Numbered from the stretch's first letter, positions 7,114-17,246 are shown. The stretch: 32,000 nucleotides of DNA from Candidatus Syntropharchaeum caldarium (GCA_001766815.1 LYOS01000008.1:1-32000), one strand, 5' to 3'. Numbers and translations are program-made. The notes: generated from the sequence alone by a model not told the origin.

Positions 7114-8316
7114 TCAATCCCTCCCTCTTCGTTTTATTATGAGAGCGATCACACCAAGCACCCCTCCTATTGTCAGTCCCAGTATGATGAACGATCCAGT
7201 GAGAAACGCACCCATCACACGTCTTGTGAGTGTGACAGCAGGTGTTACATCGGCAACATCGGGTGTCTTGCTGGTTGTGGCAGAGGATTCAGGTTCATTC
7301 GCTATCGTCGGCGTCGAGGTCTCGTTCGGCTCGGGGGGAGCGGTCTCTTCTCTCAGCGTGAGTGTGAGTGGTGATACTAATGTGAAGTTGGCCGAGGCGG
7401 TTGTATTCGTGAAGTGTACCACGGCTGTATAGTTTATGAAGGTGACCTGCCCTCTTCCATCGTGGATGGTTGCTGCAGGAAGATTGAACTCTGCCTTTCC
7501 ATCCTGATCAGTTGATGCATTCCCTATCTGCTCACCATCAGCATATATCAAAACTTCTATGCCTGCCATGGGTGTATCTGCGGGGTTTGTGACCCGTGCT
7601 GTGAATGTGTTGTAGGGTGTGAGTGGCAAATTGCTGTGCAGGGTGAAGGCAGACCAGTCAAGATAGACGTCCCGCATCTTAATCAGCGCATCACTCGTCT
7701 CAAAGAGGTCTCCGACTGTAACGTTTCCAAGCAGCGTTGTCTTACCGATACTAAGGTACTCAGCACTCAAGAACTCAATCTCTCGAGAATCGATCGTTGA
7801 CCCTTCAATACGGGTGAAAATAGATTTAAGATATGTATGTGCCCCCTCGATCGTTGAATTCTGGAGTTCGATCAGCCTCCCTTCTCCTGAGATATTGATG
7901 GATGAGATTGTCGATGATACAGACCTTATCTCAGATGCATGAAGTGCAATCTCCTCTGCTATGAGATCTGAGTTATCAAAAGTAACCGCCCGCACCGAAT
8001 CCCCCCTGATCACAGAGGTATTCATTCTCGAAGCGTTCAAAAATAGTGTGGAGTTATCTCCCATCAAAACCTCTGTGCTATCGCCTTTCCAGCGCAATAT
8101 GCTTGTATTATCCAGTATGAGTGTCGCATCAGGTTCAATCACTATGCTTTTGCCTATAAAAAGTGTTTCCTCTTTTATCGTCATAGTTTTACCTTCTTCG
8201 ACTGTGAGCGTCTGGATACCTTTCCCAAGCGCCGACTCACTTAAACATATAACGCAAATTAGCATAATCAAGAATAATAAGTATAGATAATGAGACATTT
8301 TTTCACTAATACGCAT
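7114..8316 (-). CDS. Secreted/anchored cell-surface protein (beta-helix-like repeats, Ig-like domain, Thr/Pro linker, C-terminal TM anchor)
   Basis: Domains in order:
- N-terminal signal-like hydrophobic segment (YLYLLFLIMLICVICLSESALG)
- repetitive N/S/T-rich strands typical of parallel beta-helix proteins
- a segment resembling CarboxypepD_reg/Ig folds (VTNPADTPMAGIEVLIYADGEQIGNASTDQDGKAEF)
- a T/P/E-rich linker
- a C-terminal helix followed by KRRGRD
The protein carries many N-x-S/T sequons. Confidence 0.6.
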   Translation of the reverse strand: MRISEKMSHYLYLLFLIMLICVICLSESALGKGIQTLTVEEGKTMTIKEETLFIGKSIVIEPDATLILDNTSILRWKGDSTEVLMGDNSTLFLNASRMNTSVIRGDSVRAVTFDNSDLIAEEIALHASEIRSVSSTISSINISGEGRLIELQNSTIEGAHTYLKSIFTRIEGSTIDSREIEFLSAEYLSIGKTTLLGNVTVGDLFETSDALIKMRDVYLDWSAFTLHSNLPLTPYNTFTARVTNPADTPMAGIEVLIYADGEQIGNASTDQDGKAEFNLPAATIHDGRGQVTFINYTAVVHFTNTTASANFTLVSPLTLTLREETAPPEPNETSTPTIANEPESSATTSKTPDVADVTPAVTLTRRVMGAFLTGSFIILGLTIGGVLGVIALIIKRRGRD

Positions 8317-8353
8317 AAAATATTATTGTATTTATATCTATTAAGATTTGTGG

Positions 8354-9124
8354 TTAGCGAATACGAATGAACTTACAATCCGCCCCATAAATCACTTTTT
8401 CATAAATTTCAAGAATTTGAGGCACTTCAAGTTCATCGGGGCGCATATCAAGTAATTTTTCGAGACCTGTGCCAACAGGATCAATTCCCGCCATCCTGAG
8501 CGTCTTTTTTACATGTTTTCTGCGGTTTGAGAATAGCCATCTTACAAAATCTAAAAAGAGGGCTTTATCCTTGATATTATACTTGTTGTGGGGTGTGAGT
8601 CGGATGATGGCTGAATGAACAGCTGGCACAGGATAGAATGCACTCTTTGGAACCTTTTCAAGCACATCAATATCTGAAAACGCCTGAACAGAGACTGCAA
8701 TCCTCCCATACCTCTTTTCTCCTGGTTTTGCTCTCATTCGCTGAATAAACTCTGACTGATAGATCAAAATTCCAAGTTTAAACTCTGATCTGAGGAGTTT
8801 TAGCGTAATATTGGATGAAATTGAATAGGGCAGATTTGATATGACCTTATCAAATTCAGGAAGCTCGATCTTAAGCGCATTTGCGTTTATAATGAATGCA
8901 CCTGGACATCTCGCCTTAATCATTCTTGATAGCTCAGGATCAATCTCGATCGCGTACACCGTATCCGACCGTTCAATAAGGCGAGCTGTAAGATTTCCAG
9001 TTCCCGCACCGATCTCAAGTACCCGATCCTTTCTCGCAACTTCACCGTACTCAACGATCCGATCCAGAATCGCATCATCAAGAAGGGTATGCTGTCCCAG
9101 CTTAGATCTCCTCGTCCTGGACAT
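8354..9124 (-). CDS. rsmA: 16S rRNA (adenine-N6,N6)-dimethyltransferase RsmA/KsgA (archaeal Dim1 type)
   Basis: LGQHTLLD, the SAM-binding VLEIGAGTGNLT, and the NLPYSISS motif. I prefer the start at MSRTRRSKLGQH (9124) over the ORF-track start at 9187. Confidence 0.85.
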   Translation of the reverse strand: MSRTRRSKLGQHTLLDDAILDRIVEYGEVARKDRVLEIGAGTGNLTARLIERSDTVYAIEIDPELSRMIKARCPGAFIINANALKIELPEFDKVISNLPYSISSNITLKLLRSEFKLGILIYQSEFIQRMRAKPGEKRYGRIAVSVQAFSDIDVLEKVPKSAFYPVPAVHSAIIRLTPHNKYNIKDKALFLDFVRWLFSNRRKHVKKTLRMAGIDPVGTGLEKLLDMRPDELEVPQILEIYEKVIYGADCKFIRIR

Positions 9125-10598
9125 AGCTCCTTCTAAGCCTGATCGCAAGTTCTGCTTTTGCAAGTTCAACTCCAAGATAACCTGCATGATCGATCATCGA
9201 GATTTTGCCTGTTTTAGCAAGATATGCGATAATTTCCTTCGCCTTCAGACCCCGTATAATCTCAACTCTCCCATCTGGCATGTTGTGCTCAAGATATATC
9301 ATTCCTTTCTGCACCGCTATCCTGAAGTAGCCGAGTGGATCTGATTTCCACTCCTGCTTTTCTGTAACTGTTACCACATCATCCAGCTCTTCGATCAGGA
9401 CACCCTCGCGTTTACGCTTCTCTTTTGCAACAAAGAGGTCGATTCCAAGATCTTTTGGTGGAGACTGTCTTTTTGATGCGAGCTGCATCATCATCGATGC
9501 TTTGACAAGTTCATTTACGCTTCCCATGGTTTTTCTACTTGCCTCTGGTGCAAAGAGTATTCCAATGCCGAGTTCCATTCCTATTCCTGCAAGAACAGCA
9601 TTTATCCCGACAGAATCTGCATCAATAAGTTCTGTTACATTCCCAACCCCAAAAAATAGCGGTGTTGATTTATCGATCTCTCTGAAACGGTAGTAGTCAT
9701 GGATCGAGCGCGCGATGCCCTCTCCAACCGGTGAAAGGATCGGATCTGCAACTATCTTATCAATTCCAAGCGATCGTGCTATATCAATTACCTCAAAAAG
9801 TTCATCAACGCCACTTCTTGATATTACAACCGCAGATATCTCTGCTTTTGCGATATCTTCTCCGACTGCTTCGATATTCTCTCTGTCAAGGCTCAGGATA
9901 AGATCAGCGCCCGAACTGATTCCTGCCTCAATGAGCGCTGGCTCCATTGTATCAAGACTTACAGGAAGCTCTGTCACGGATTTTGCAACCGCAAGGATGC
10001 GTTTTACATCGTCCACTTCTGCATCAAGTGTGACACCAAGATCGATGATATCGGCGCCCTCTGATTCAAAGTATCTGATCTCCTGCTCAAGTTCCTCATC
10101 TCGGAGTAACGTTGCATCCACGATCTCGGCCATCACCTTCATCGAGGTATTTCCTCCGATCTTAACACCCCTTATCATGAATTCAGGTACACCCGTAGCT
10201 TCAAGCTCGAGAAGCTCTTTCTTTATTGTTTCAAAGTCTCTTTCAGATGACCTGCGCGCTGGAACAGAGTCTGAAAGTTCAATTTCATCAATATTCGCGA
10301 GCAGATCTGGTAAATCATGGGCGTATCTTGTACCAAGTCTTATTTTAACTCCAAACTCTCTCTCCAGCTCACTAAAATTGGATGTGACGTTTCCAGGGAG
10401 CAGTATCAAATCGTAATCTGAGAGATCAATCTTTTTAAGCAGTCTGTAAAGTATTTGGGGTGTCAGGAGCGCTGCAACATCCACATCTGCAACCGCTACC
10501 TCAGCCAGATCTCCAACATAGTTCCTGACAATCTCGGTTGCTCGTCTTCCTGTTATGACAAGGGTTTTCATGACATCATGTCGTTGCTGATCGCTCAT
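9102..10598 (-). CDS. Dihydropteroate synthase-like protein (archaeal pterin-binding family linked to tetrahydromethanopterin biosynthesis)
   Basis: 498 aa. The central region has pterin-binding TIM-barrel-like blocks: GADIIDLG, DTMEPALIEAG, ADLILS, DPILSP, GVGNVTEL. There are extra N- and C-terminal domains, as in the long archaeal DHPS-like proteins. GGAAGG lies upstream of the ATG at 10598. Confidence 0.6.
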   Translation of the reverse strand: MSDQQRHDVMKTLVITGRRATEIVRNYVGDLAEVAVADVDVAALLTPQILYRLLKKIDLSDYDLILLPGNVTSNFSELEREFGVKIRLGTRYAHDLPDLLANIDEIELSDSVPARRSSERDFETIKKELLELEATGVPEFMIRGVKIGGNTSMKVMAEIVDATLLRDEELEQEIRYFESEGADIIDLGVTLDAEVDDVKRILAVAKSVTELPVSLDTMEPALIEAGISSGADLILSLDRENIEAVGEDIAKAEISAVVISRSGVDELFEVIDIARSLGIDKIVADPILSPVGEGIARSIHDYYRFREIDKSTPLFFGVGNVTELIDADSVGINAVLAGIGMELGIGILFAPEASRKTMGSVNELVKASMMMQLASKRQSPPKDLGIDLFVAKEKRKREGVLIEELDDVVTVTEKQEWKSDPLGYFRIAVQKGMIYLEHNMPDGRVEIIRGLKAKEIIAYLAKTGKISMIDHAGYLGVELAKAELAIRLRRSYVQDEEI

Positions 10599-11037
10599 CG
10601 ACCTTCCATCTTGACAGGAAATAATCCATCAATCTTTTGTTTTTATACAACTCCCTTATGTACTCATCTATCGCATGCTGAAAGTCATCGAAATACCGGG
10701 AGACATAAAAATTTATAAAACCATCAGATCTGAACTCAATCCCGCAATCAGTGGGTGCAGGCTCTCTCATCCATACTTTTGCCAGTCCTTTGATGAAATA
10801 TTCGTGTACCAGCCCACATCTCACCCGTTCATATACATCATCGCCATGTTCATCCAGCAACCTGATATATTCTTCACCCAGCTTTTTCAAGCCATGATTG
10901 TAGTTCTTTTTTGCCTGTCCTTCCCTGATCTTGCACCGATACAGCCCACCAAGAAACTCTGTGTAAGCAGAGAGCGCCAGCGCAACCAGATAATTCGCCT
11001 CTCCGTCAATCGCAGCATTAATATCCTTGACCATCAA
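10576..11037 (-). CDS. Hypothetical protein
   Basis: 153-aa ORF of protein-like composition in a gap not covered by other genes. I recognise no family. A TATA-like TTTTTATACC lies about 50 nt upstream on the minus strand. Confidence 0.45.
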   Translation of the reverse strand: MMVKDINAAIDGEANYLVALALSAYTEFLGGLYRCKIREGQAKKNYNHGLKKLGEEYIRLLDEHGDDVYERVRCGLVHEYFIKGLAKVWMREPAPTDCGIEFRSDGFINFYVSRYFDDFQHAIDEYIRELYKNKRLMDYFLSRWKVDERSATT

Positions 11038-11108
11038 ATTCTTAAATTTGCGGATCTTCTCTTCTAACTCTGAGATTCTACCACCCGTGCATCAGGGTAT
11101 AAAAACAA

Positions 11109-12305
11109 TTAAAACGTCGTAATCTTCCCTTCTGATACAAGTTCTGTGATCTCTGTAACTCGCTCAAGCCAATCATCGATGATCCTGGTTATCGCAGGCG
11201 CAATATCATCAACACTCACCCCATTCTTCGGGATGATCTGGGCGTTTGCAACCAGTGGATTATCGATCGGCTGACCAATCTGTGAGAGAATTCTGACTGA
11301 TATCTCCTGAAGGTCTGCGATCTTCTCTATAGCCTCATTTGCGATCTGGGTTGTGAGCAGGTTGTAGATCTTTCCAACGTGGTTCACCGGGTTCTTACCT
11401 GATGTTGCCTCGAGACTCATCGATCTGTTTGGTGTGATGAGTCCATTCGCACGATTTCCTCTCCCAACTGAACCATCATCCCCCATCTCTGCTGAGAGCC
11501 CTGTCACGGTGAGGTATATTGATCCATTCTCAATGTCATCCCCAACGTTTACAAATACCTCAATTTCACGATCTGTGTATGATGACGCAACATCCTTTGC
11601 AAAGGTGGCAATTTCATCCCGTATCGCGACGTAATGATCGATATCATCGACATATCTCGAGACAAAAGCATCTGCGATCGTGACAGTAATCTTATCCTTC
11701 ACTCTCAGTCCCATCACCTTTATATCCTCGCCTACCGCCTTCTCGCGCTTACTGAGATTATTCACCATCTCTCTTTCGATGTTGTAGACGATATTCTCAA
11801 CCTCAGAGAAAGGTGCATGCCCCACACCAAAGGAGGTGTCATTTGCAAGCGGTACCCTGTCTCTGGAGTCAAATATCTCAACAAGATCGTATGAACCTTC
11901 CCCGATCTTACAGTCGATCACCACATCCGTCTCAGGGTTGAGGTTATGGATACTCTCCTGAAGATATGATTTTGCAGCCCTCAATGCGATGACATCGACA
12001 GGCACCTCTTCGTCACCAGCCCATTTTGTCGCTCTTCCATTTAGAAGAATATAGCTAGGGGTGATGATCTCACCACCACCAAAGGCTGGTCTGGACCTGC
12101 CTGCAACAATCGCCACCTCATCGGTGTTGTGGTGGAGTATCATGCCATATCGCTTCTTGTACTCATTGCACAGCGCACGGCTTACAGCTTCTGCAATCCC
12201 ATCGCAGATCGAATCTGGGTGTCCAATACCTTTTCTCTCAACAAGCTCGATCTCCTGAAGTTCGATCGGAAGCTGATGTATCGCCTCAACCTGGATATTT
12301 CGCAT
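11109..12305 (-). CDS. mat: Archaeal-type S-adenosylmethionine synthetase
   Basis: 398 aa with the archaeal MAT signature [17 protein letters not shown] and ILHHNTDEV. Length and layout are typical of the MJ1208 family. Confidence 0.9.
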   Translation of the reverse strand: MRNIQVEAIHQLPIELQEIELVERKGIGHPDSICDGIAEAVSRALCNEYKKRYGMILHHNTDEVAIVAGRSRPAFGGGEIITPSYILLNGRATKWAGDEEVPVDVIALRAAKSYLQESIHNLNPETDVVIDCKIGEGSYDLVEIFDSRDRVPLANDTSFGVGHAPFSEVENIVYNIEREMVNNLSKREKAVGEDIKVMGLRVKDKITVTIADAFVSRYVDDIDHYVAIRDEIATFAKDVASSYTDREIEVFVNVGDDIENGSIYLTVTGLSAEMGDDGSVGRGNRANGLITPNRSMSLEATSGKNPVNHVGKIYNLLTTQIANEAIEKIADLQEISVRILSQIGQPIDNPLVANAQIIPKNGVSVDDIAPAITRIIDDWLERVTEITELVSEGKITTF

Positions 12306-12327
12306 ATCATTTCTCCCATTCTATAAT

Positions 12328-12918
12328 TCAACTTCGATATTCGTCCTTAAGTGGCTTTGGAGGCAGTGGAAATATGCTTCTGAAAGTTTCTGGGTTTTTG
12401 ACCATCTCCTGGAGTTGATTTTTCGTCTCATCCACAAGCACATCCACATACATCATCTCCACAAAGTTTTGACAGGCATCTGCAAGCTCGATAAGACTCT
12501 TGACGTCCTGTTCCATCTGCTCGAATGAACAGGCGAATGGACACGAATTTCTGATTTTATTGATCACATCGAGAAATTGGCGCATCTCCTCCTTCCGATC
12601 AATCGAGTCAAACTGCTGCTGAAAGTGTGATTTAAGTTCTTCAGTATCAAGTTCATTTGCGATTGATATCGGTTTTATACCATCGAACGTTGCAAATATC
12701 AATGGTATGTTGAGGAGGTACTCAATATACGCAGTGTCGATGCTATCTCTTGCACCCATCGCGCACGCAATCCGCTGGTCCTCGACATCCTCATCATCCA
12801 TCTCCGTCATCTTCCTGCACATATTACAGTACTGCCAGAATCGGCTGATAGACTGGTAAAACGATATGACACCTTCGAGTGGTAGTTCTGCCTTAAGTTC
12901 CATATAAACAAAGATCAT
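12328..12918 (-). CDS. Hypothetical protein (acidic, helical)
   Basis: 196-aa ORF between the SAM synthetase and SAH hydrolase genes on the same strand. I recognise no family. The start could be the second ATG (MELKAEL, 12903). Confidence 0.45.
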   Translation of the reverse strand: MIFVYMELKAELPLEGVISFYQSISRFWQYCNMCRKMTEMDDEDVEDQRIACAMGARDSIDTAYIEYLLNIPLIFATFDGIKPISIANELDTEELKSHFQQQFDSIDRKEEMRQFLDVINKIRNSCPFACSFEQMEQDVKSLIELADACQNFVEMMYVDVLVDETKNQLQEMVKNPETFRSIFPLPPKPLKDEYRS

Positions 12919-12960
12919 TCTTTACCTTTAAAGGCTTTTGGATTGAGTGTGCGCTACCCT

Positions 12961-14211
12961 TCACGTTCCAAGTTCCCATGATGAGAGGTACCGCTCCTGT
13001 TCTTCTGTCAGCGTCTCAATCTCAATCCCCATCGATTTGAGCTTGAGGGCCGCAACACGCTCATCGATCTCCCTCGGTACGCCAGTGACTTTTCTTTCAC
13101 GCAGATCGGAGTTTATGATGTATTCAACCGCAAGTGCCTGATTCGCAAAACTCATATCCATCACACCGGGTGGATGACCGTACGCTGCCGCCAGATTGAT
13201 AAGTCTCCCTTCACTCAGGAGATATATCCGCCTGCCATCAGCAAGCGTGTACTCATCAACCTCTTCTTTGACGCGTTTCTTGCTGATTGCAAGCTTTTCG
13301 AGGTCATCAATTGCAATTTCGACATTGAAGTGCCCCGAATTTGCAAGAACTGCCTGGTCCTGCATCAACTCGAAATGCTCACCCCGTATGACCGATGTAT
13401 CACCTGTCACCGTGATGAAGATCTCACCCGTCTTTGCAGCATCATGCATCGGCATCACCTGGTAACCATCCATCACAGCTTCAAGGGCCTTTCTCGGGTT
13501 GACCTCAACCACGATCACATTTGCACCCAGTCCTCTGGCACGCATCGCAACACCCCTGCCGCACCAGCCATATCCGACAACCACCACTTTTCTGCCTGCA
13601 AACAGGAGATTTGTAGCATTCATAATCCCATGCAGTGTCGACTGACCCGTTCCATAACGATTATCAAACATCATCTTTGTTTCAGCATCATTCACCGCGA
13701 TTACCGGAAAAGCGAGTTTGCCAGACTTTTCAAGCGCTCTCAGACGGATCACCCCGGTGGTGGTCTCCTCGCACGCACCCTTTATCGAGTTCATGAGATC
13801 GGGGTAGTGCTCGTGTATATGTGCTATTGTATCTGCCCCATCATCAAGTACAACATCAGGCATGATATCAAGTGCCGCCTCAAGACACGCATAGTACTCG
13901 TCATCGTTTTCCCTGAATGCATAAACCCAGATACCACTTCTGGCGAGCGCTGCAGCAACATCATCCTGTGTGCTCAATGGATTCGATCCGGCAAGTGCGA
14001 TCTCTGCCCCCCCTGCTTTCAGTGTCTTGATGAGGTTTGCTGTCTCAACCGTGACATGCAGACACGCTGTGATCTTCACGCCATCGAGTGGCTTTGTCTC
14101 TTCAAACCGCGATTTTATGAGTTCAAGCACCGGCATGTGCCGCCTTGCCCATTCAATCCGCTCATCCCCAGTATCCGCAAGCTGCAGGTCTTTGACGATA
14201 GATTCTTTCAT
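12961..14211 (-). CDS. ahcY: Adenosylhomocysteinase (S-adenosyl- or S-inosyl-L-homocysteine hydrolase)
   Basis: [36 protein letters not shown], the NAD fold [12 protein letters not shown], and GHFNVEI. The ORF-track start at 14280 is a TTG. I prefer the ATG at 14211 (MKESIVKDL, with GAGGGA upstream), which gives a typical 416 aa. The ATG at 14238 is an alternative. Confidence 0.88.
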   Translation of the reverse strand: MKESIVKDLQLADTGDERIEWARRHMPVLELIKSRFEETKPLDGVKITACLHVTVETANLIKTLKAGGAEIALAGSNPLSTQDDVAAALARSGIWVYAFRENDDEYYACLEAALDIMPDVVLDDGADTIAHIHEHYPDLMNSIKGACEETTTGVIRLRALEKSGKLAFPVIAVNDAETKMMFDNRYGTGQSTLHGIMNATNLLFAGRKVVVVGYGWCGRGVAMRARGLGANVIVVEVNPRKALEAVMDGYQVMPMHDAAKTGEIFITVTGDTSVIRGEHFELMQDQAVLANSGHFNVEIAIDDLEKLAISKKRVKEEVDEYTLADGRRIYLLSEGRLINLAAAYGHPPGVMDMSFANQALAVEYIINSDLRERKVTGVPREIDERVAALKLKSMGIEIETLTEEQERYLSSWELGT

Positions 14212-14314
14212 CGATATTCCCTCATCGTAATTCTCCATCTGCGTTAATAACCTTAACTCCTTCAAATTTCGATCATTCAAGCAATTTTAAATACCTGCCA
14301 GTTAAATCACGTCT

Positions 14315-15517
14315 ATGCCACTCATCGTCAACGCCGATCTGCACATACACTCACGTTTTGCAGCAGCCTCCTCGAAGAAGATGACGATCAAGACTTTGGC
14401 ACGCGAGGCACCAAAAAAGGGAATAAACCTGATTGGGAGTGGGGATTGCCTTCATGGGGGATGGCTTGCTGAAATAAAAGAGAATAAGGATCTTTTTGAC
14501 GGACTTTTCATCCCCACATGTGAGGTTGAGGATACTAACCGTGTACATCACCTTCTCATTCTCCCATCCCTCTCAAAGGCGGTTGAGCTTCGTGAGGTCT
14601 TTTCCAGGTACACATCCGAGATCGATGGTGATGGCAGACCAAAGATCAACCTGACTGGCTGTGAGATTGCCGAGGCTGCAAGAGATGCAGGGGCTTTGAT
14701 TGGACCTGCACACGCATTTACACCGTGGACCGCACTCTATGCTTACCATGACTCCCTTGAGGCGTGTTACGGTGATATGAAAAGCTACATCTCGTTCATC
14801 GAGCTTGGATTGAGCGCAGATTCATCTTACGCAGATCTTATCTCTGATCACCATGATCTGACCTTTCTCACAAACTCGGATGCCCATTCGCCCTGGCCAA
14901 TCAGGCTTGCACGAGAGTTCAACCGATTTGAGATGGAAGATATAACATTTGATGAGCTTAAGATGGCGATTTTACGAAAGAAGGGCAGAAAACCAATACT
15001 GAATGTAGGACTGCCGCCAGAAGAGGGTAAATACAATAGAACTGCCTGTACAAGGTGTTACAAAAAAATTGCACTCGTTGACGCGGTGGCTGCAAAATGG
15101 AGGTGCGATTGTGGGGGGCTGATCAAGAAGGGCGTATTTGACCGTGTACATGAGCTTGCAGATCTTGAAGAACCTGTCCATCCACCCCATCGTCCACCGT
15201 ATCTGCATCTGATACCTCTCGCAGAGATTATATCGCTTGCCATTGGTCGTGGTGTCGGTACAAAATCAGTTAAAAGTATATGGGAAAGCCTCATTTCGCA
15301 GTTTGGATCTGAAGTTGCAGTTCTCATCGATTCAAATCTCGATGAACTTCGGGGATTCGATTCAAAGGTTGTTTCTGCAATTTTTGCCTTCAGAGAAGGT
15401 CGGGTTATCATAGATCCAGGTGGTGGCGGAAAGTACGGATCCATCAAGCTTCCAGAGGAGAGTGATACAGTTCTTGCAAAAGGACAGCGATCACTTCTTG
15501 ACATATTTCCTGAGTGA
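14315..15517 (+). CDS. PHP-domain endonuclease Q (EndoQ / TIGR00375-like)
   Basis: The N-terminal ADLHIHSRF PHP motif, GSGDCLH, further His motifs (GPAHAFTPW, NSDAHS) and the zinc-finger CTRCYKK...WRCDCGG match the archaeal EndoQ layout at about 400 aa. Confidence 0.7.
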   Translation: MPLIVNADLHIHSRFAAASSKKMTIKTLAREAPKKGINLIGSGDCLHGGWLAEIKENKDLFDGLFIPTCEVEDTNRVHHLLILPSLSKAVELREVFSRYTSEIDGDGRPKINLTGCEIAEAARDAGALIGPAHAFTPWTALYAYHDSLEACYGDMKSYISFIELGLSADSSYADLISDHHDLTFLTNSDAHSPWPIRLAREFNRFEMEDITFDELKMAILRKKGRKPILNVGLPPEEGKYNRTACTRCYKKIALVDAVAAKWRCDCGGLIKKGVFDRVHELADLEEPVHPPHRPPYLHLIPLAEIISLAIGRGVGTKSVKSIWESLISQFGSEVAVLIDSNLDELRGFDSKVVSAIFAFREGRVIIDPGGGGKYGSIKLPEESDTVLAKGQRSLLDIFPE

Positions 15518-15551
15518 TCATTGGAAAACTTTATTGCATACTTCTGAGGAG

Positions 15552-17246
15552 ATGTTATTGATGGTCAGAATAACGGATACAACATTCAGGGATTCGCACC
15601 AGTCTTTGATCGCGACCCGCATGCGCACGGAGGATATGTTAGATCTCGCCGAGGATATGGATGCGGTCGGATTTTTCTCGATGGAAGTATGGGGTGGTGC
15701 GACATTTGACGTCTGCATAAGATATCTCAACGAAGATCCATGGGAACGGCTCAGGGCATTGAAGGGTGTGATAAAGAAGACCCCACTCCAGATGCTTTTA
15801 CGCGGTCAGAATCTCGTTGGATACAGGCATTATCCGGATGATATCGTTGTGAAGTTTGTTGAGAAGGCACATGAGAATGGTATCGATATATTCAGGATCT
15901 TTGATGCGCTCAACGACATTCGCAACATGGAAGTATCGATCAAAACGGCAAAGAAAGTTGGTGCTCATGTACAGGGTACGATCTCCTATACAATAAGTCC
16001 AGTTCACACGATCGAGACGTTTGTAGGGATGGCAAAGGATCTTCTTGATCTTGGTTCAGATTCAATCTGCATAAAAGATATGGCAGGGTTGATCTCACCT
16101 GCTGATGCATACTCTCTTGTAAAATCGCTTAAAAAAGAAGTTGGTATCCCAATAGACCTCCATTCTCACTGCACCTCTGGTATGGCACCGTTGAGTTATT
16201 ACAGTGCGTGTGAGGCCGGTGTTGACATCTTAGACTTAGCTTTCTCTCCGTTTGCAGGAGGAACATCTCAGCCACCGCTTGAGCCATTCATCGCAGCACT
16301 CCAGGGAACACCGTACGATACAGGGCTCGATCTCGAGTACTGTACGCAGCTCAAGGAACGGGTCCTCAAGGTGAGGGAAAAGTACGAGGGGCTGGTGAAC
16401 CCGATCTCAGAGCGTGTGGATACAAACGTCATCCTTTACCAGATCCCAGGTGGAATGTTATCAAATCTCGTATCGCAGCTTGAAGCGCAGAATGCACTTG
16501 ACAGGTATAAAGAAGTCCTCGAAGAAGTTCCGCGAGTCAGGGCAGAGCTTGGTTATCCTCCTCTTGTGACACCAACGAGCCAGATCGTTGGAATACAGGC
16601 GGTTCTCAATGTCTTACACGGGAGGTATAAGACTGTTACAAAAGAAGTGCGAGATTATGTGAATGGCTTCTATGGAAAGCCTCCCGGCGAGATCGATCCA
16701 GCGGTGCGAGAGATTGTATCAGATGAAGATCCGATCACGGTGAGACCTGCAGATCTGCTTGAGCCACATTATGAAGTTGCACGTGAGGAGCTTGAACGAA
16801 TGCACCTTCTAAGGAAGGAGGAAGACATACTGACTCATGCCTTATATCCTGCAATTGCCATCAAGTTCCTGAACAACGAGATCGAACCAGAACCGATCCC
16901 AAAGAAACATACAACAGAGACATTTGAAGCGGAATTTGGGGTTGAAGTCGATGGAGAGATCTATAATGTGAAGATACTCCCTGCAGGCATGCAGATCAAA
17001 AAGAAGGAGGCTGTACAAGCAAAACAGAATGTTGAAGGTGGCGTTCTCGCTCCGATGCAGGGGATGATCGTGAAGCTCAACGTTGGCACAGGTGCAGAGG
17101 TCAAAGAAGGAGATGTTGTATGCGTTCTCGAAGCAATGAAGATGCAGAACAACATTCATGCACCCAGGAGCGGAACCGTGAAGGAGATCCTTGTCAATGA
17201 AGGTGATACTGTGATGCAGGGAGATCTTCTGCTGATCATCGAGTAA
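15552..17246 (+). CDS. pycB: Pyruvate carboxylase subunit B / oxaloacetate decarboxylase alpha-type carboxyltransferase with C-terminal biotinyl domain
   Basis: ITDTTFRDSHQS, EVWGGATFD, LLRGQN, IKDMAG, and the C-terminal biotin attachment motif EAMKMQN. I prefer the start at ATG 15552 or 15561. The ORF-track start at 15420 overlaps the endoQ 3' end and looks non-coding. Confidence 0.88.
   Translation: MLLMVRITDTTFRDSHQSLIATRMRTEDMLDLAEDMDAVGFFSMEVWGGATFDVCIRYLNEDPWERLRALKGVIKKTPLQMLLRGQNLVGYRHYPDDIVVKFVEKAHENGIDIFRIFDALNDIRNMEVSIKTAKKVGAHVQGTISYTISPVHTIETFVGMAKDLLDLGSDSICIKDMAGLISPADAYSLVKSLKKEVGIPIDLHSHCTSGMAPLSYYSACEAGVDILDLAFSPFAGGTSQPPLEPFIAALQGTPYDTGLDLEYCTQLKERVLKVREKYEGLVNPISERVDTNVILYQIPGGMLSNLVSQLEAQNALDRYKEVLEEVPRVRAELGYPPLVTPTSQIVGIQAVLNVLHGRYKTVTKEVRDYVNGFYGKPPGEIDPAVREIVSDEDPITVRPADLLEPHYEVAREELERMHLLRKEEDILTHALYPAIAIKFLNNEIEPEPIPKKHTTETFEAEFGVEVDGEIYNVKILPAGMQIKKKEAVQAKQNVEGGVLAPMQGMIVKLNVGTGAEVKEGDVVCVLEAMKMQNNIHAPRSGTVKEILVNEGDTVMQGDLLLIIE

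Noticed and set aside
7114-7260. PGF-CTERM/archaeosortase sorting signal on the surface protein
   Set aside because: The C-terminus has a Thr-rich linker, a TM helix and a basic tail, but no PGF tripeptide (it reads VMGAFLTG). I therefore call it only a C-terminal membrane anchor.
9715-10416. 233-aa Ser-rich plus-strand ORF
   Set aside because: It is antisense to the DHPS-like gene. The extreme Ser/Thr/Ile bias mirrors the opposite-strand codon usage. Treated as a shadow ORF.
13174-14247. 357-aa plus-strand ORF
   Set aside because: It lies entirely antisense to the well-supported adenosylhomocysteinase gene. Its composition is Cys/His/Arg-rich and low in plausibility, with no recognisable motif. 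It is a typical shadow ORF of a strongly codon-biased gene.
15420-15551. N-terminal extension of pycB overlapping endoQ
   Set aside because: The extension overlaps the 3' end of endoQ in another frame and has no similarity to carboxyltransferase N-termini. The conserved sequence starts at MLLMVRITDTTFRD.
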